From a virus, in the IMG/VR virus record IMGVR_UViG_3300045988_176682: 64,000 bases of DNA. The stretch is one strand, 5' to 3'. This document shows, piece by piece, positions 1 through 10,700 of this stretch. Under the pieces are notes generated by a model, which was given only the letters and a program-made list of their open reading frames with translations, was not told the DNA's origin and did not search any database. Position 1 is the stretch's first letter, and the number at the start of each line of letters is the position of its first letter. The translations under genes and the position numbers were made by a program.

Positions 1-189
1 GCTCCGGCTGCTCCGGCTGCTCCGGCTGCTCCGGCTGCTCCGGCTGCTCCGGCTGCTCCTGCACCTCAACCGGCACCGCAGCCTTTTGCTCCGGTCAATG
101 CACAGATCAATGCAGGAGTAGCTCCGCAGGCGTTCTCTATGGATCAAATCATGAAGACTGCTTCTATGATGCAGCAGAACCAACAGTAG
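1..189 (+). CDS. 3' end of upstream CDS (partial); C-terminal Ala-Pro repeat linker then Q-rich tail
   Basis: Frame 1 is open from the window edge to TAG at 187-189. GCTCCGGCT x6 encodes (APA)n. Confidence 0.5.
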   Translation, partial: APAAPAAPAAPAAPAAPAAPAPQPAPQPFAPVNAQINAGVAPQAFSMDQIMKTASMMQQNQQ

Positions 190-198
190 GAGGTCAAT

Positions 199-441
199 AT
201 GACAGAAGTAGGAGGAATTGCCGTCGATAGACTTCGCTCTTTAATTGAGCGCATAGAGAGGCTCGAAGAGGAATGTTCTACTATCAGAAGCGACATTAGA
301 GATATTTTCGCTGAGGCAAAAAGTGCCGGTTTCGATGCAAAGATAATGAGAAAAGTTATCAAACTTCGGAAAATGGCAGCAGCTGACCGTGATGAAGAAG
401 AGTTCTTGCTTGAGACTTATCGAAAAGCTCTTGATATTTAA
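199..441 (+). CDS. gapR: GapR-like DUF2312 (UPF0335) small DNA-binding protein
   Basis: 80 aa. VDRLRSLIERIERLEEE...AEAKSAGFDAKIMRKVIKLRK resembles the GapR/DUF2312 family of alphaproteobacteria and their phages. RBS GGAGG lies upstream. Confidence 0.65.
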   Translation: MTEVGGIAVDRLRSLIERIERLEEECSTIRSDIRDIFAEAKSAGFDAKIMRKVIKLRKMAAADRDEEEFLLETYRKALDI

Positions 442-506
442 GAAAAAACTTGTTAAACTGGTTATGTCATCCGTACTAAGGTATGAGTGAAAAAACCGCC
501 GTTGGG

Positions 507-540
507 AAGAACTGGACTTATTGGTCCAGTTCTTTTTTTA
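507..540. terminator. Hairpin terminator between convergent transcription units
   Basis: Stem AAGAACTGGAC / GTCCAGTTCTT with loop TTATTG, followed by T7 on the + strand. Sits between the + strand gapR-like gene and the - strand lysis genes. Confidence 0.55.
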
Positions 541-820
541 TGGCCTCTTTGTCGGCATTACATTTTTTAAGATTTTCATATAAAGAAACTGTGTATTCTA
601 CCAACCCTTTATTCTTATTACCATACCTCTTTGGCATAGGGCACGGTTCAAGGTATTGTTGAGAAACCTTGGGATGAGAATATTCAATTCTGGTACAACA
701 ACTAACGAGGCAGAGAATTATCAATAACAGCAGGAATTTCAGTGTCGAGATATGCAATTCCAGTAGGGTCTTCTTGTGCTTCATGATATAGCTCCTTATA
801 TTTATCAAGCTCTTTTTCAA
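518..820 (-). CDS. o-spanin (Rz1-like outer-membrane lipoprotein), embedded out of frame in the i-spanin gene
   Basis: Signal peptide plus lipobox LVSC-C. Overlaps the 3' part of the i-spanin gene (702..1037) in another frame. Likely start at the internal Met (MKHKK..., about 784). Confidence 0.55.
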   Translation of the reverse strand: MKKSLINIRSYIMKHKKTLLELHISTLKFLLLLIILCLVSCCTRIEYSHPKVSQQYLEPCPMPKRYGNKNKGLVEYTVSLYENLKKCNADKEAIKKELDQ

Positions 821-1037
821 TGCTCTCGGTTTTTTTCCGATAATTCATATAAGCCTCATACCTTAAGGACTCGGATTCCTCGTAGAGAGTTAAATCTTCT
901 TCTGCTTTTCTTAATTTATTTTTATAGGAAGAGGCCAGAAAAGAAGATATGAGAGCCCACAAAAACATAGCCAAAAAGACTAAAATATAGATGATTAATT
1001 TATTTGAGAGGAAGCCCATGCTGATACCCTCCTCCAA
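702..1037 (-). CDS. i-spanin (Rz-like), N-terminal TM plus coiled coil
   Basis: N-terminal TM helix followed by a charged coiled-coil region. Lies immediately downstream of the endolysin gene. Confidence 0.6.
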   Translation of the reverse strand: MEEGISMGFLSNKLIIYILVFLAMFLWALISSFLASSYKNKLRKAEEDLTLYEESESLRYEAYMNYRKKTESIEKELDKYKELYHEAQEDPTGIAYLDTEIPAVIDNSLPR

Positions 1038-1479
1038 TCGGGGAGTATAAAACCTCCTGACGATTGTGCTTTTCTGATTTATAACTTACATGAACCCAGT
1101 CATAAGTAGTTCCGTTTTTTCTCATTCTTTTTTCATAAATTAACTGGTCGAAAGAACAATTCTTACGAATCCATTTGGCTGCTGTCAGATTATCTATATT
1201 CTTGAAACAGAGGTCAGCTGCCTCTCCTTTATTATGCTGAGAATTTTCTCTTCTCCCAAGAACTTTGGCCAGAGCAGGGCAGCTATATCCGGAAGAAATA
1301 ATAATCGGTCCGAGTACATTACGAATCGGTTGAAGAAGATGATTACAAAGGTTGGAGGCCTTTAATTTAATTTCTTCTTCTATTTCTTTGGGAGGATTAT
1401 TATCGATTCCCCGACTGTTTGCAGTATCAGAATAAATAAATTCTTCCCAAGTAAAATTATTTGAAAGGTTAGTTGACAT
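1000..1479 (-). CDS. Endolysin, peptidase M15 (D-Ala-D-Ala carboxypeptidase-like) family
   Basis: FTWEEF...SGYSCPALAKVLGRRENSQHNKGEAADL matches the M15A phage endolysin signature. No signal peptide. Confidence 0.75.
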   Translation of the reverse strand: MSTNLSNNFTWEEFIYSDTANSRGIDNNPPKEIEEEIKLKASNLCNHLLQPIRNVLGPIIISSGYSCPALAKVLGRRENSQHNKGEAADLCFKNIDNLTAAKWIRKNCSFDQLIYEKRMRKNGTTYDWVHVSYKSEKHNRQEVLYSPIGGGYQHGLPLK

Positions 1480-1489
1480 AATCTTTCTC

Positions 1490-2641
1490 CTATAATTTAA
1501 TCTTGAAATTCAAAAAGGCCGTTGGTTGCATAATACTTACAGCAGTACCTTCGCCGGAAGATGTGTCTGCTTTTCCGGCATAATAATCTTCATTAGCCCA
1601 TCTGGAGAAAGCAAACCCGGTAGTACCATATTTTTTAGAACCAAGCATCTTACAATTATAAATACCATCTTTAGAGCCAATAACACCATAATAAGAATCA
1701 AGGTCGCCGTGCGTATGTTTAGGTAATTGGTCCACACTTAATTTTTGGGTTTCAGTTCCGGTGGACGAACCGGTAGTTCTTATTGTAAGGCCTTCACCAT
1801 TACCGGCAACTCCGAGAACTCTTCCCAGGAGTTTAGGGAGGCCTAGACGGGCGTTAGCATACCAATCAATGTCAGCAGTGCTTCCTTTATCTCTAAGAAC
1901 TCCGGTAGCTGAATAAATAGGGGTTACCGGGAGATTCCACAAGAGATAAAACAAGTCTTTCGTTTCGTCGGAGGCGTTAGTTGCTCCGGAGGAAGAGGAA
2001 CCGATAGTTCCATCATCAGCCATAACCCAACCGGCTGGGGCCGAGGTAGCATAAGTAGGCCAACAATCTCCGGTTTGAGGTAAAAACATACCAAGAGAAG
2101 AAATATCCAGCTGATTAATAGTTAAAGTACCATCTTTGATATAAGAGCCATCAATAGGAACATCCAGAAGGGAAGCTCTGCCTAACCCAAGCAACGACCT
2201 TACTTCTTCTTTAGTGGCTTTTGCAATAAGACTGCGGGCAAAATTTGTAAAATCTGTTAAAGACATAGTATCTTTGGCAGAGAAATAGGGAAGAGTATCT
2301 TTCGAATTACTTAACCCGGAAAGGGAGGTAAGGGAAGTATTTTTTTTCTGATAATTTGCAGCGACCTCTTCTTTGGTTGTGGGATTTCCAGCAAGGTTAA
2401 CCGTCATCTGCCATACTGGGTCAGGGGTTACGGAAACGAGTTTATATTCAGCTTTTAAGTCTACCCGGTAACAAGTCATACCAATAAGGTCTTCAGTAAC
2501 CGGAGAGGGGAAACCTCCGGTACAGCGAAAAGAGATACGGGAAGCATTATCCCTGTTAAGTAACTTAATCAGGGATTCGTCAATGTAATCAGTTAATTTT
2601 ACATCATCAAACTGAAAATTGGGTAAATTATCTTCGGCCAT
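1490..2641 (-). CDS. Tail fibre protein with C-terminal phage tail-collar domain
   Basis: LPKHTHGDLD...SIMQPTAFLNFKIKL matches the tail-collar (PF07484-like) C-terminus. Confidence 0.7.
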   Translation of the reverse strand: MAEDNLPNFQFDDVKLTDYIDESLIKLLNRDNASRISFRCTGGFPSPVTEDLIGMTCYRVDLKAEYKLVSVTPDPVWQMTVNLAGNPTTKEEVAANYQKKNTSLTSLSGLSNSKDTLPYFSAKDTMSLTDFTNFARSLIAKATKEEVRSLLGLGRASLLDVPIDGSYIKDGTLTINQLDISSLGMFLPQTGDCWPTYATSAPAGWVMADDGTIGSSSSGATNASDETKDLFYLLWNLPVTPIYSATGVLRDKGSTADIDWYANARLGLPKLLGRVLGVAGNGEGLTIRTTGSSTGTETQKLSVDQLPKHTHGDLDSYYGVIGSKDGIYNCKMLGSKKYGTTGFAFSRWANEDYYAGKADTSSGEGTAVSIMQPTAFLNFKIKL

Positions 2642-2651
2642 ATCATTCTCC

Positions 2652-3389
2652 CTATTTCACTGGCTTTCCTATTTTTAACTTATCAAAGTATTGTCCGGTA
2701 ATTCTTCCGTTTAACATAATCCCGAATCTTTCAAGGTTCATGAAGATTTCGTAGTAAAAAATCCACCAAGACATTACTACTTCTGTGGGTATTTTACTGC
2801 TTGAGATAAGTTCTGACAAGAAATTAATATTAGGGGATAACCATTGAACGAAAATATCTAATGTATATCGGATTTTTTCTTCGCTCCATCCTTCTTCTTT
2901 TAACCTTTTAGTAGCTCTGGATTCAAAATCTTCTCTGGCTTTTTGGATAAGATTTGAGTGATATTTAGAAAAAGAACAAAACATATTTTGGGTTATTTTT
3001 TCTTTTTGAAGATTCTCATATCCTTCTTTGAATTGTTTATACAAGCAGGAGAAAGCTTCGTTAAGAATAAAATGATAAAAAGCATTTCTGCCAATATCTT
3101 TAGATAATACAACCATGTCTATTTTTACAAACAAGGAAGAAATCTTATCAAAAAACAAGGTAGTTTTTATGGCCGAAGAATCTTTTTCTTTCTCTCTTTC
3201 CAGTTTCTCTTCCCGGGAGAAGAAATCCTTAAAAAAGAAAAAAAGACTTCTTACAGAAGGCTCAAATTTAATCCAAGTTATTATGAAGAGACAGATGAAA
3301 AGAAGAACGGTCATTATCCACATAGGAATATTTCCGGCAGCCAATAAATCTATGATATGATTACTGTCAATGGTAGAAATTTTTTCCAT
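2652..3389 (-). CDS. Membrane-anchored hypothetical protein (one N-terminal TM)
   Basis: 245-aa ORF. TM segment IPMWIMTVLLFICLFIITWIKF. Confidence 0.45.
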   Translation of the reverse strand: MEKISTIDSNHIIDLLAAGNIPMWIMTVLLFICLFIITWIKFEPSVRSLFFFFKDFFSREEKLEREKEKDSSAIKTTLFFDKISSLFVKIDMVVLSKDIGRNAFYHFILNEAFSCLYKQFKEGYENLQKEKITQNMFCSFSKYHSNLIQKAREDFESRATKRLKEEGWSEEKIRYTLDIFVQWLSPNINFLSELISSSKIPTEVVMSWWIFYYEIFMNLERFGIMLNGRITGQYFDKLKIGKPVK

Positions 3390-3646
3390 TATTCCTCGCT
3401 ACTTTTTGGATATTTTTCTTTTATCCTTTTAATTTCATTAAACCAATCGTCCGTACCATTCACCTTATCCCAGTAAAGCATATCAAGCTGCTCTTGGATT
3501 GATGGATATTCCTGAGCCCTTAAATCAGAATAAGATAAATTCGATTCTTTTGGTTCGACCAAAGAATTTCCTCTTAAAATTTTTCCTTGTTTATTTGCTT
3601 CGATAGCCAACAAGGCTCTTTGTCTTATTTTTTCCTTATTGAACAT
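3389..3646 (-). CDS. Hypothetical protein
   Basis: 85-aa ORF, start coupled to the upstream gene. Confidence 0.4.
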   Translation of the reverse strand: MFNKEKIRQRALLAIEANKQGKILRGNSLVEPKESNLSYSDLRAQEYPSIQEQLDMLYWDKVNGTDDWFNEIKRIKEKYPKSSEE

Positions 3647-4076
3647 TGGTATATCCCCTAATATAAATATAACGACCTGAATTTGAAGACATATAAAAAG
3701 TTATACTTTCGGTCGTTTTTCCGCTAACCATATTAGACCCCCAACTTATCCCACTGGTATCAGAATAGAAGCCAGAACAAGAAACATAATAGTTAGTATC
3801 TCTCATTTCTATTATTAAATTAATCGTAAGGGAGGTGCCCCCGTTGGGGATAGTTATATATTGTTCACAAAGGCCAGAAGCATAAACAATATACTGGTTT
3901 AAACCATCTTCGGAAATAAAAGAATCGACTATTGGGTCTTCTTCATATTCGACTAAATAAAGCTCATCAGTTTTTTCCTCGGTAAGGGAATCATAAATGT
4001 CCTGAGGCATAAAGTTGATTTTAAGATTTTGTGGTGTAATTTCAGTATTAGCCATAAGAAGACCTCCTAAAATCAT
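3636..4076 (-). CDS. Hypothetical protein (tail fibre associated)
   Basis: 146-aa ORF in the fibre gene block. Confidence 0.45.
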   Translation of the reverse strand: MILGGLLMANTEITPQNLKINFMPQDIYDSLTEEKTDELYLVEYEEDPIVDSFISEDGLNQYIVYASGLCEQYITIPNGGTSLTINLIIEMRDTNYYVSCSGFYSDTSGISWGSNMVSGKTTESITFYMSSNSGRYIYIRGYTNVQ

Positions 4077-4108
4077 CTTAGTTTAGAAATCTGATTTTTA
4101 CAAGTTAT

Positions 4109-5341
4109 TTATGGTCTCTTAAGTTTATTCCGTTTGGGCATATACTTTTTATAAACCTTTTCTTTATAATCGTAATTATCAGAAGTTCCGGGTAAAACAA
4201 AATTAGATTCTGCTAAAGTAGAACGAGATACACCCTGCCACCAAAGTTTATCATTTATTTTTATATGGGATTGTGAGAGGTCAATGGATTTCCCTAAAAA
4301 AGGTAGACCATCATAAACCTTTCCAACATAAATATTGGTATTTCCGGGAGCTCCAGACCAAGACTGACTACCTTCTAAATTATATTCAATACCATCAGTT
4401 GATAAATATAGATACCATCCGTTGGTATTTCTAACAAGTTTAACCCAATACTTAACATTGTTTGTTAAAACAGTAGTACCAAATACATCACCATACCAAC
4501 TACTACCAGTACCTCCGTTTACTCTAAGAACATTATTTGCATCGATTATAATACCGAGCGTAGCATTTGTAGAACACCCAATAATATAACCGGCAGCTGA
4601 TTGAGTTTTATGTATAAAGCTGGTGACTATCTCAAAACTATCCGAAGAACCAATAGCGAATAATTCTGGAATTATTAAATAATTATTTGCATTAAATCCG
4701 CTAACAATACTACCGTTGAAAATAAGATTCCCGATAGGGTTAACATTACGTTTCCAATACTGGTAATAATCTTCCCTCAAGAATTTAGCAAAGACATATT
4801 TTTTTTTGTCCGTTGAACTATATGTATCATGGTCCGACCTCCCGCTCGGTACTAAAGCTGTTTCACCATAAGTTAATCTCATACTATTAACTCCCGAGCC
4901 ACTATATCGGGTATCATCATTTGTAGTATCGAATCGAAGATAACGATAATTATTAGGTGTAGGGATTACCAGAGGGGTATCGATTGTAGTACTTCTGCCA
5001 CCATAACTTGCTGCAATAGTGGTCCAATTATTACCGTCTTCGCTGCATCTAACATTCAATAAAACCAAGGCCGGGTAGTTACCTCCGGAAACAATTCCGT
5101 TATAGGCAATGGAGTAGATACCGTTTTTATGAGGACCAATATCAAAGGTACAAGTAAAACCTCTGGCCGGGGCATGCGTGCTTAAGCTGGTCAAGTAATA
5201 ATAACTTGAGGGAGTAATAGTAATTCCATCGATTCCCATAGAGGCACTTATGTCAGTAGGGAATATGGGAGTAGTAGCAATTTCTCCGGTTGGAGCATAT
5301 TTATAATATTTAATTAATCCTCGAGACGTGATACCCTTCAT
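4109..5341 (-). CDS. Putative tail fibre / receptor-binding protein
   Basis: 410 aa, rich in G/S/T/N/Y beta-rich sequence. Located between the fibre genes. Confidence 0.5.
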   Translation of the reverse strand: MKGITSRGLIKYYKYAPTGEIATTPIFPTDISASMGIDGITITPSSYYYLTSLSTHAPARGFTCTFDIGPHKNGIYSIAYNGIVSGGNYPALVLLNVRCSEDGNNWTTIAASYGGRSTTIDTPLVIPTPNNYRYLRFDTTNDDTRYSGSGVNSMRLTYGETALVPSGRSDHDTYSSTDKKKYVFAKFLREDYYQYWKRNVNPIGNLIFNGSIVSGFNANNYLIIPELFAIGSSDSFEIVTSFIHKTQSAAGYIIGCSTNATLGIIIDANNVLRVNGGTGSSWYGDVFGTTVLTNNVKYWVKLVRNTNGWYLYLSTDGIEYNLEGSQSWSGAPGNTNIYVGKVYDGLPFLGKSIDLSQSHIKINDKLWWQGVSRSTLAESNFVLPGTSDNYDYKEKVYKKYMPKRNKLKRP

Positions 5342-5345
5342 CAGG

Positions 5346-6653
5346 TTACTCCCAATAAATTATAGTGACAGAAGTAGATTCTCCACCACCGCCAATATCT
5401 CCGGCTACTTCATTTAACACGTCAGAAGTAATAACTTTATTACCTCCGGTCTTATTTTTTACCTCTTCCGCAGTGGCAAGCTTAACGACACCCTTAATAT
5501 TGGTGCCGGCATCCGTAACATTAGCGGAAGCCTCATTTATTTTGATTATAACGTCTTGTCCGAGTTTAGCCATAACAACCGAAGAATCTTGCAACATTTC
5601 GGAAGATACCTTATTAACTCCAAGAAACTTTCCGGATAATATGGAAGATAATTTGGATTCGTCTATTGCCCCAGCAACGATTTTATCTGCGGTAACAGCT
5701 CCGTCGGCAATTTTATCCGTCGTAACATTTTTATCCATAATCTTCGCTGTGGTGACGGCACTGTTAATAATTTTGGTATTGGTTACCGAATCCGTCGCCA
5801 GTTTAGACTCCGTTACCGAGCCGTCTTTCAGTTCCATACTCCCCACGGTTCCGGCAGCAGGAGCTTTTAACTGGCCTTTATAAACAGTAATGATTTGAAC
5901 TTTTCCGGTAACCGGAGAATTTAAAATAATATTTCTTCCTGAAACCGTATATTCATCAGTCTGTAATATTTTGCCGGCGACGTTAATTTGAACGACTCGG
6001 GGAGAAGCTATCTCTGCCGGGAACACGAAAGTTGTCTGGTTATCAGCTGTATAACTTGCTTCAAGGGGCATTAAGTCGTATTCTAAAACAGTAGCCGTTT
6101 CTTGAATAAGAATAGGCTCACCGTAAGCCGGAGCCTCATTAAAAACAATCTTATCCCCCGTACTGTTTAATTCATAAGTACTAGGAGATTGTCTAACCCC
6201 ACTAAAGTAAACTTGAACAGTCTCTTTATGAGAAGTCGTCTTTTGTAAATCGTACTCGGTTTTAACGCCGTCAGAAACATATTCTTTACTTTCCGGAGGA
6301 AGAGTAACCGAATTAGGAATTTCCTTATTGGACAGAAAATTTAGGGCGCTTTCAACAGTCTTGGCTCCGGAAGGGAACTCTCCGGTAGGAGTAAAAATAA
6401 CTTCGGAAGCGTTAATAGTATCAAACGGACACCACCAAACAGGTTGGTCTAATTTTCCCAATCCGGTAAAAATATACCACTTCTGCTCGTCTTCCCGAAA
6501 ACACGGAGTACCAACATCATCCTCGGTAACGTCAGGGAACTCGGTTGCAGCAAACTGTTTCTTTACAGAGGCATCTCTCTGTAATAATTTCATCCAGGAC
6601 TGAGAAACAAGCTCTGAGCCTTCTATATTGGGAAAAAGATTTGGGTTAGCCAT
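5346..6653 (-). CDS. Tail fibre protein with short tandem peptide repeats
   Basis: Repeated xxVTxxKIxDxAV motifs (TDSVTNTKI, NSAVTTAKI, DKNVTTDKI, DGAVTADKI) typical of fibre shafts. Confidence 0.6.
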   Translation of the reverse strand: MANPNLFPNIEGSELVSQSWMKLLQRDASVKKQFAATEFPDVTEDDVGTPCFREDEQKWYIFTGLGKLDQPVWWCPFDTINASEVIFTPTGEFPSGAKTVESALNFLSNKEIPNSVTLPPESKEYVSDGVKTEYDLQKTTSHKETVQVYFSGVRQSPSTYELNSTGDKIVFNEAPAYGEPILIQETATVLEYDLMPLEASYTADNQTTFVFPAEIASPRVVQINVAGKILQTDEYTVSGRNIILNSPVTGKVQIITVYKGQLKAPAAGTVGSMELKDGSVTESKLATDSVTNTKIINSAVTTAKIMDKNVTTDKIADGAVTADKIVAGAIDESKLSSILSGKFLGVNKVSSEMLQDSSVVMAKLGQDVIIKINEASANVTDAGTNIKGVVKLATAEEVKNKTGGNKVITSDVLNEVAGDIGGGGESTSVTIIYWE

Positions 6654-6662
6654 GGTTGCCTC

Positions 6663-7364
6663 CTAATATCCTGTTGAAACCCAAGAAACGGTACCGGTTA
6701 CATATTCTCCGGTAGAAATGCTCTTTAGCATAATCTCAAAATAGGTATCGGTCTTTGATATTACTTTTACAAGAGCTGGTTCCTCGGTCTGAGTAACGTT
6801 AAACATTAATTCTTCCGGAGCTTTATAATATTTTTTATTATACGTTATACGATTTGGTGCGGCTTCGTCAATACTGGTAATTTCAGCAGTACCTCTATCG
6901 ACAACATCTTCAACATCCACATTTAACTTAGCCTGATAGAATCCTATTTTATTACCTGTTAAAGATGACTTCATCTGGATGCCGACAATAGCATCTTTAT
7001 AAGTATATTCTCCGGGAAATAGCGGCCGGGTTTCCTCATAACCGAGAGGAGAAATATTAGAGCTGATATTTTTCATATCATTTTCATCATAAACATCTTC
7101 GACAAAGTTTAAATCATTTACAACAATATGGGCGGCTTCAAATTTGAAGTCATTAATAAAAAATTTCTCTCTAAACTTAAAATGAAAATGAAACGATAAA
7201 GAATCGCTTATCTGAAAGCTCTCTTTTATATGAAGTTTTAATTTACCCTTGTTACCAAAAGCCTCCCAAGGTTTGGCATTTTTTATACCATCCCAAGGCT
7301 CTGTGGTATTATCCCAAGATTTATATTCTCCAGGGACGTATGTGACTTCAACTTCTTCTGCCAT
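6663..7364 (-). CDS. Hypothetical tail protein
   Basis: 233-aa ORF downstream of the J-like gene. Confidence 0.5.
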   Translation of the reverse strand: MAEEVEVTYVPGEYKSWDNTTEPWDGIKNAKPWEAFGNKGKLKLHIKESFQISDSLSFHFHFKFREKFFINDFKFEAAHIVVNDLNFVEDVYDENDMKNISSNISPLGYEETRPLFPGEYTYKDAIVGIQMKSSLTGNKIGFYQAKLNVDVEDVVDRGTAEITSIDEAAPNRITYNKKYYKAPEELMFNVTQTEEPALVKVISKTDTYFEIMLKSISTGEYVTGTVSWVSTGY

Positions 7365-7792
7365 TAAATCACACTAATTTCAAACAAAGGTTCTGCCATA
7401 TCTGTCTCGTCGAGACCTTTTGCCATAAAAGTTACACGGTCAAACATAACTCCCCCGGAATCAGCATTAAAGAGACCGGCCTCAGTAACGATAATTGGGT
7501 CTGTAATTGTAACATTAGCAGTAACTGAGACAACTCTGGCTTCAGGGTCCCAAGACCATTCAGCCGGTACTCGGAGGACTTCGTTCTCCAGAGCGGTCAT
7601 ATCCGAGGTTGTTAATGAAGTTCCGCTACCGAAAGCAATATAACCGATAGGAGAGGGACGGTTATTTTTCTCAAACATAGAAGTCATAAGAAACTCATAT
7701 CCGGAATTTACAATCATATTATCTTTCTGCCATGCAATAACCGTACCATCTTTTTTAATTACGTTGCATGAAAACTTACCCTTTATTTTCAT
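7364..7792 (-). CDS. Hypothetical tail protein
   Basis: 142-aa ORF, ATGA-coupled. Confidence 0.5.
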   Translation of the reverse strand: MKIKGKFSCNVIKKDGTVIAWQKDNMIVNSGYEFLMTSMFEKNNRPSPIGYIAFGSGTSLTTSDMTALENEVLRVPAEWSWDPEARVVSVTANVTITDPIIVTEAGLFNADSGGVMFDRVTFMAKGLDETDMAEPLFEISVI

Positions 7793-7793
7793 A

Positions 7794-10700
7794 TTATACT
7801 CCTATGTTAATACTTGTGAACTCGCCTATTGGTTTTGCTTCAAGAGAAGCAATTTGCTGGTAATCAGAATAATCAGACTTAAAGAAGACCGTTCTGGTTG
7901 TTTCACTTTGAACCACAACAATGGTCAAGAAGTCTAAACCCTTCACCCATTTTATAGGAACTCTCAATGATTGTCCATCAGAAACTGTAAGCACCAAAGT
8001 TCCTTCCAAGTTATATAAAAACATAAATTCTGCGGTCTTAGAGTTTGTTAATCTTAAGATATAGAAGTTATTCGGCGTATCGTCAGCTACACGCACTCGG
8101 ATGCTGAAGCTAAAGACCTCAGGAATAGTTACATCATTATAGATAACCTGGGTGTTAGATTGGATATATAACCCATTAGTTAACCTTCCGGTAGAGAAAG
8201 TTGCCGCATTGGCCACAGAGGCGTTAACTTGATGATTAATATCCCAAAAATCTTCTGACAAAGGAAATCCGAGAAGCCCCTCATAGGGCTTGGTAGATTT
8301 AGTGGCAATGATAGTTTTAATGGAGCCGGAATCTCCAAGTTCGTCAGAGTTAATCCAAGTTACATGAGCTTCAGGGTCGGTATATTTATAATGGAGGTCA
8401 TTCCAAGTTAATCTCTTTCCAAATACAAAAGCTTGAGTCTCTAACCAGTTTCTGGCTCTTACTTCTTTCAAAAGATTTACCGGGAAATAATGTTCAGCAA
8501 AAACTGCGCTGTCTTCCATAACCATTACTTCCGGTAAAGTTTCATGAGGCTTAAACCCATAAGTAACTCCCGGAAATCCATCTTTGCCGTTATCGATTTC
8601 GATAATAACATTTCTGTTCGGGTCAAGAGCAAGGTCAGGACGGGCATATCTTGGTTTTAGACTATACAAGCCGGCCGGGGTTAATGCTTTTATTGAGAAA
8701 TAAGTATTGGGATTAGCCGGCATCAGAACAGTGGCGTTATTTCCCTTTGTACGGAGGAGCTCGATACCCGATTCCCAGCTGTCTCCTCTTTTAATAACAT
8801 AAACAATATCGATGCCGGGGACTTCTTCCCAGTCAAAACGCATATAATCGTTATTGGTCGTAATCCAGAAATTAGGAACATTCTCGGGCTCTTTAGCGAC
8901 TACAGTTACAGCAGCAGCATTTATGCTGTAGTTGTCTAAAGCGTCTATAGCTTTTATCAAATAGGTATGTTTCTCAGTGTCTTGAATATAGACAAAGAGA
9001 GTATTTCCGTTATATTTGGTAGATATAACCTCAGCCTCATCCCAAGAAGGACCTTCCCTGATTTCATATCCTACAAGGTCAATATCAGTATTGGGGTCCC
9101 AAGATAACATCGTTCCTTCCAACGTTTGCTCGGCCTTGAAATTTTTAACATCAGCGGGAGGGTCAGATATATTTGAAACTTCATAGAAATATCTCGGAGC
9201 ATTATCGAAAGGAGGTGTATTGCCAAGAAGGTTTTTCGGCAATACAACAAATTCATAATATCCGGAGGGGTGTCCAACAATAACATTGTTATTGATAACA
9301 TTTCTGCGAATCCAAGTATCTTGGCCGACTTCTCTGCTGTAAACGACCAATTCTCCGGAATAATAGAGATAAGCATTAGTATCAAGTTCGGCACTTACCA
9401 GAAGAGAAAATTCTACTCTATCCGGGTCATAAAATTCGCTGAAATCTACACTTAAGGCATAAGGTATATCATCCACATTAGGAAGACCGGAGTATTCATC
9501 TCCACCGACAAATTCAAGATTATCAGCAGCTTTCCATTTGTTACGATTAATTTCAATAGCCGTAACGGTATATTCATCAGAGCCGCTTTCCTTAATATTC
9601 GTAACCCGGAAAGGTTTTGGTGTTCCGGTTTTAGCTGTTCCGTAAACAGTAAAAACACTCTTTTCCGGTATATTGTCGGGAAGAGGTTCTTTTAAATTTA
9701 ACTGATAAATATTCCCCGAACCGGTAAGGGGATTAATCTCGGTTTCATAAATTCCTTCCGGAGACGTAAACTCAACCTTGTAATCAATACCTGCTTCAAG
9801 ATATAAAGCATCTCTTAAATTAACATAATGCCGGTCTTCTTCTACATCTTTAATACGTCCGGAGAGAGCATAACCGAGGGTAGGGTCCGATAATAAGATA
9901 ATATCCCAGACAGAAAGAGCCTGAGCCAGACGGTTTGTGTTAAATGAAACAATTAACTTTTCAGTTAAGCAGGTTATCATGCGATAATATGCTCGACGGA
10001 GGGCTTCTCCTTCATAAATACACCCGACAGCGACAAAATCCTCGGTAACCCTTCCGTTCCTTATAATATCATCATTATTGCTTATTTGTCGAACATCGGT
10101 ATCCCAATTTAGGTCGGGGTTAGTGAAAGCTACGGTAATCTCATTAAATCTGTTCTCGGGCTCGGTAAATGAATATGTTAAACTTCCCTCAACAATATTC
10201 TCGGGTGTGAATAACATTATGGCATCTTGGTCTTTATCAATTTTAAGCCGGAGATAGCCGGTAGCTTCTTCATACAGTACAGCATTAAAAGAAGCCGCCA
10301 CATAGTTTATTTGATTCTTTCCATTTCTAATGTCTGAGATTAAAGTATTAAAAGTATATCTCGGCTGTTTACCACCATGGCCGTCACTTACCAATTCGTC
10401 ACACCATTGCCCTGCTTCATAAGTGTCCCACTTATCAAGTTCGACATCAGAATATGCCCGACAACCATACCGGTCATTCATAATGAGGTCATATAAACAC
10501 CAAGCTGGATTATCACTCCAAGCAATTTTAAATGTTCCATCCCATATCCCGTCATAAGTTTTGGCAATCGGGTCATAGTTAGATGGAATTTTTATCTTTA
10601 ATAACTTATAAACCCCGCTAAATTCCGGGATAGAGGAAAATTGGTCGGTAGCTTGACATGTGAGATGAGCCAGGGCTGTGTGAGGGAAAGACCTAATCGT

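Noticed and set aside
5365-5883. 172-aa plus-strand ORF antisense to the tail fibre gene
   Set aside because: Low-complexity Ser/Thr/Leu translation that lies entirely inside a well-supported minus-strand CDS. Shadow ORF.
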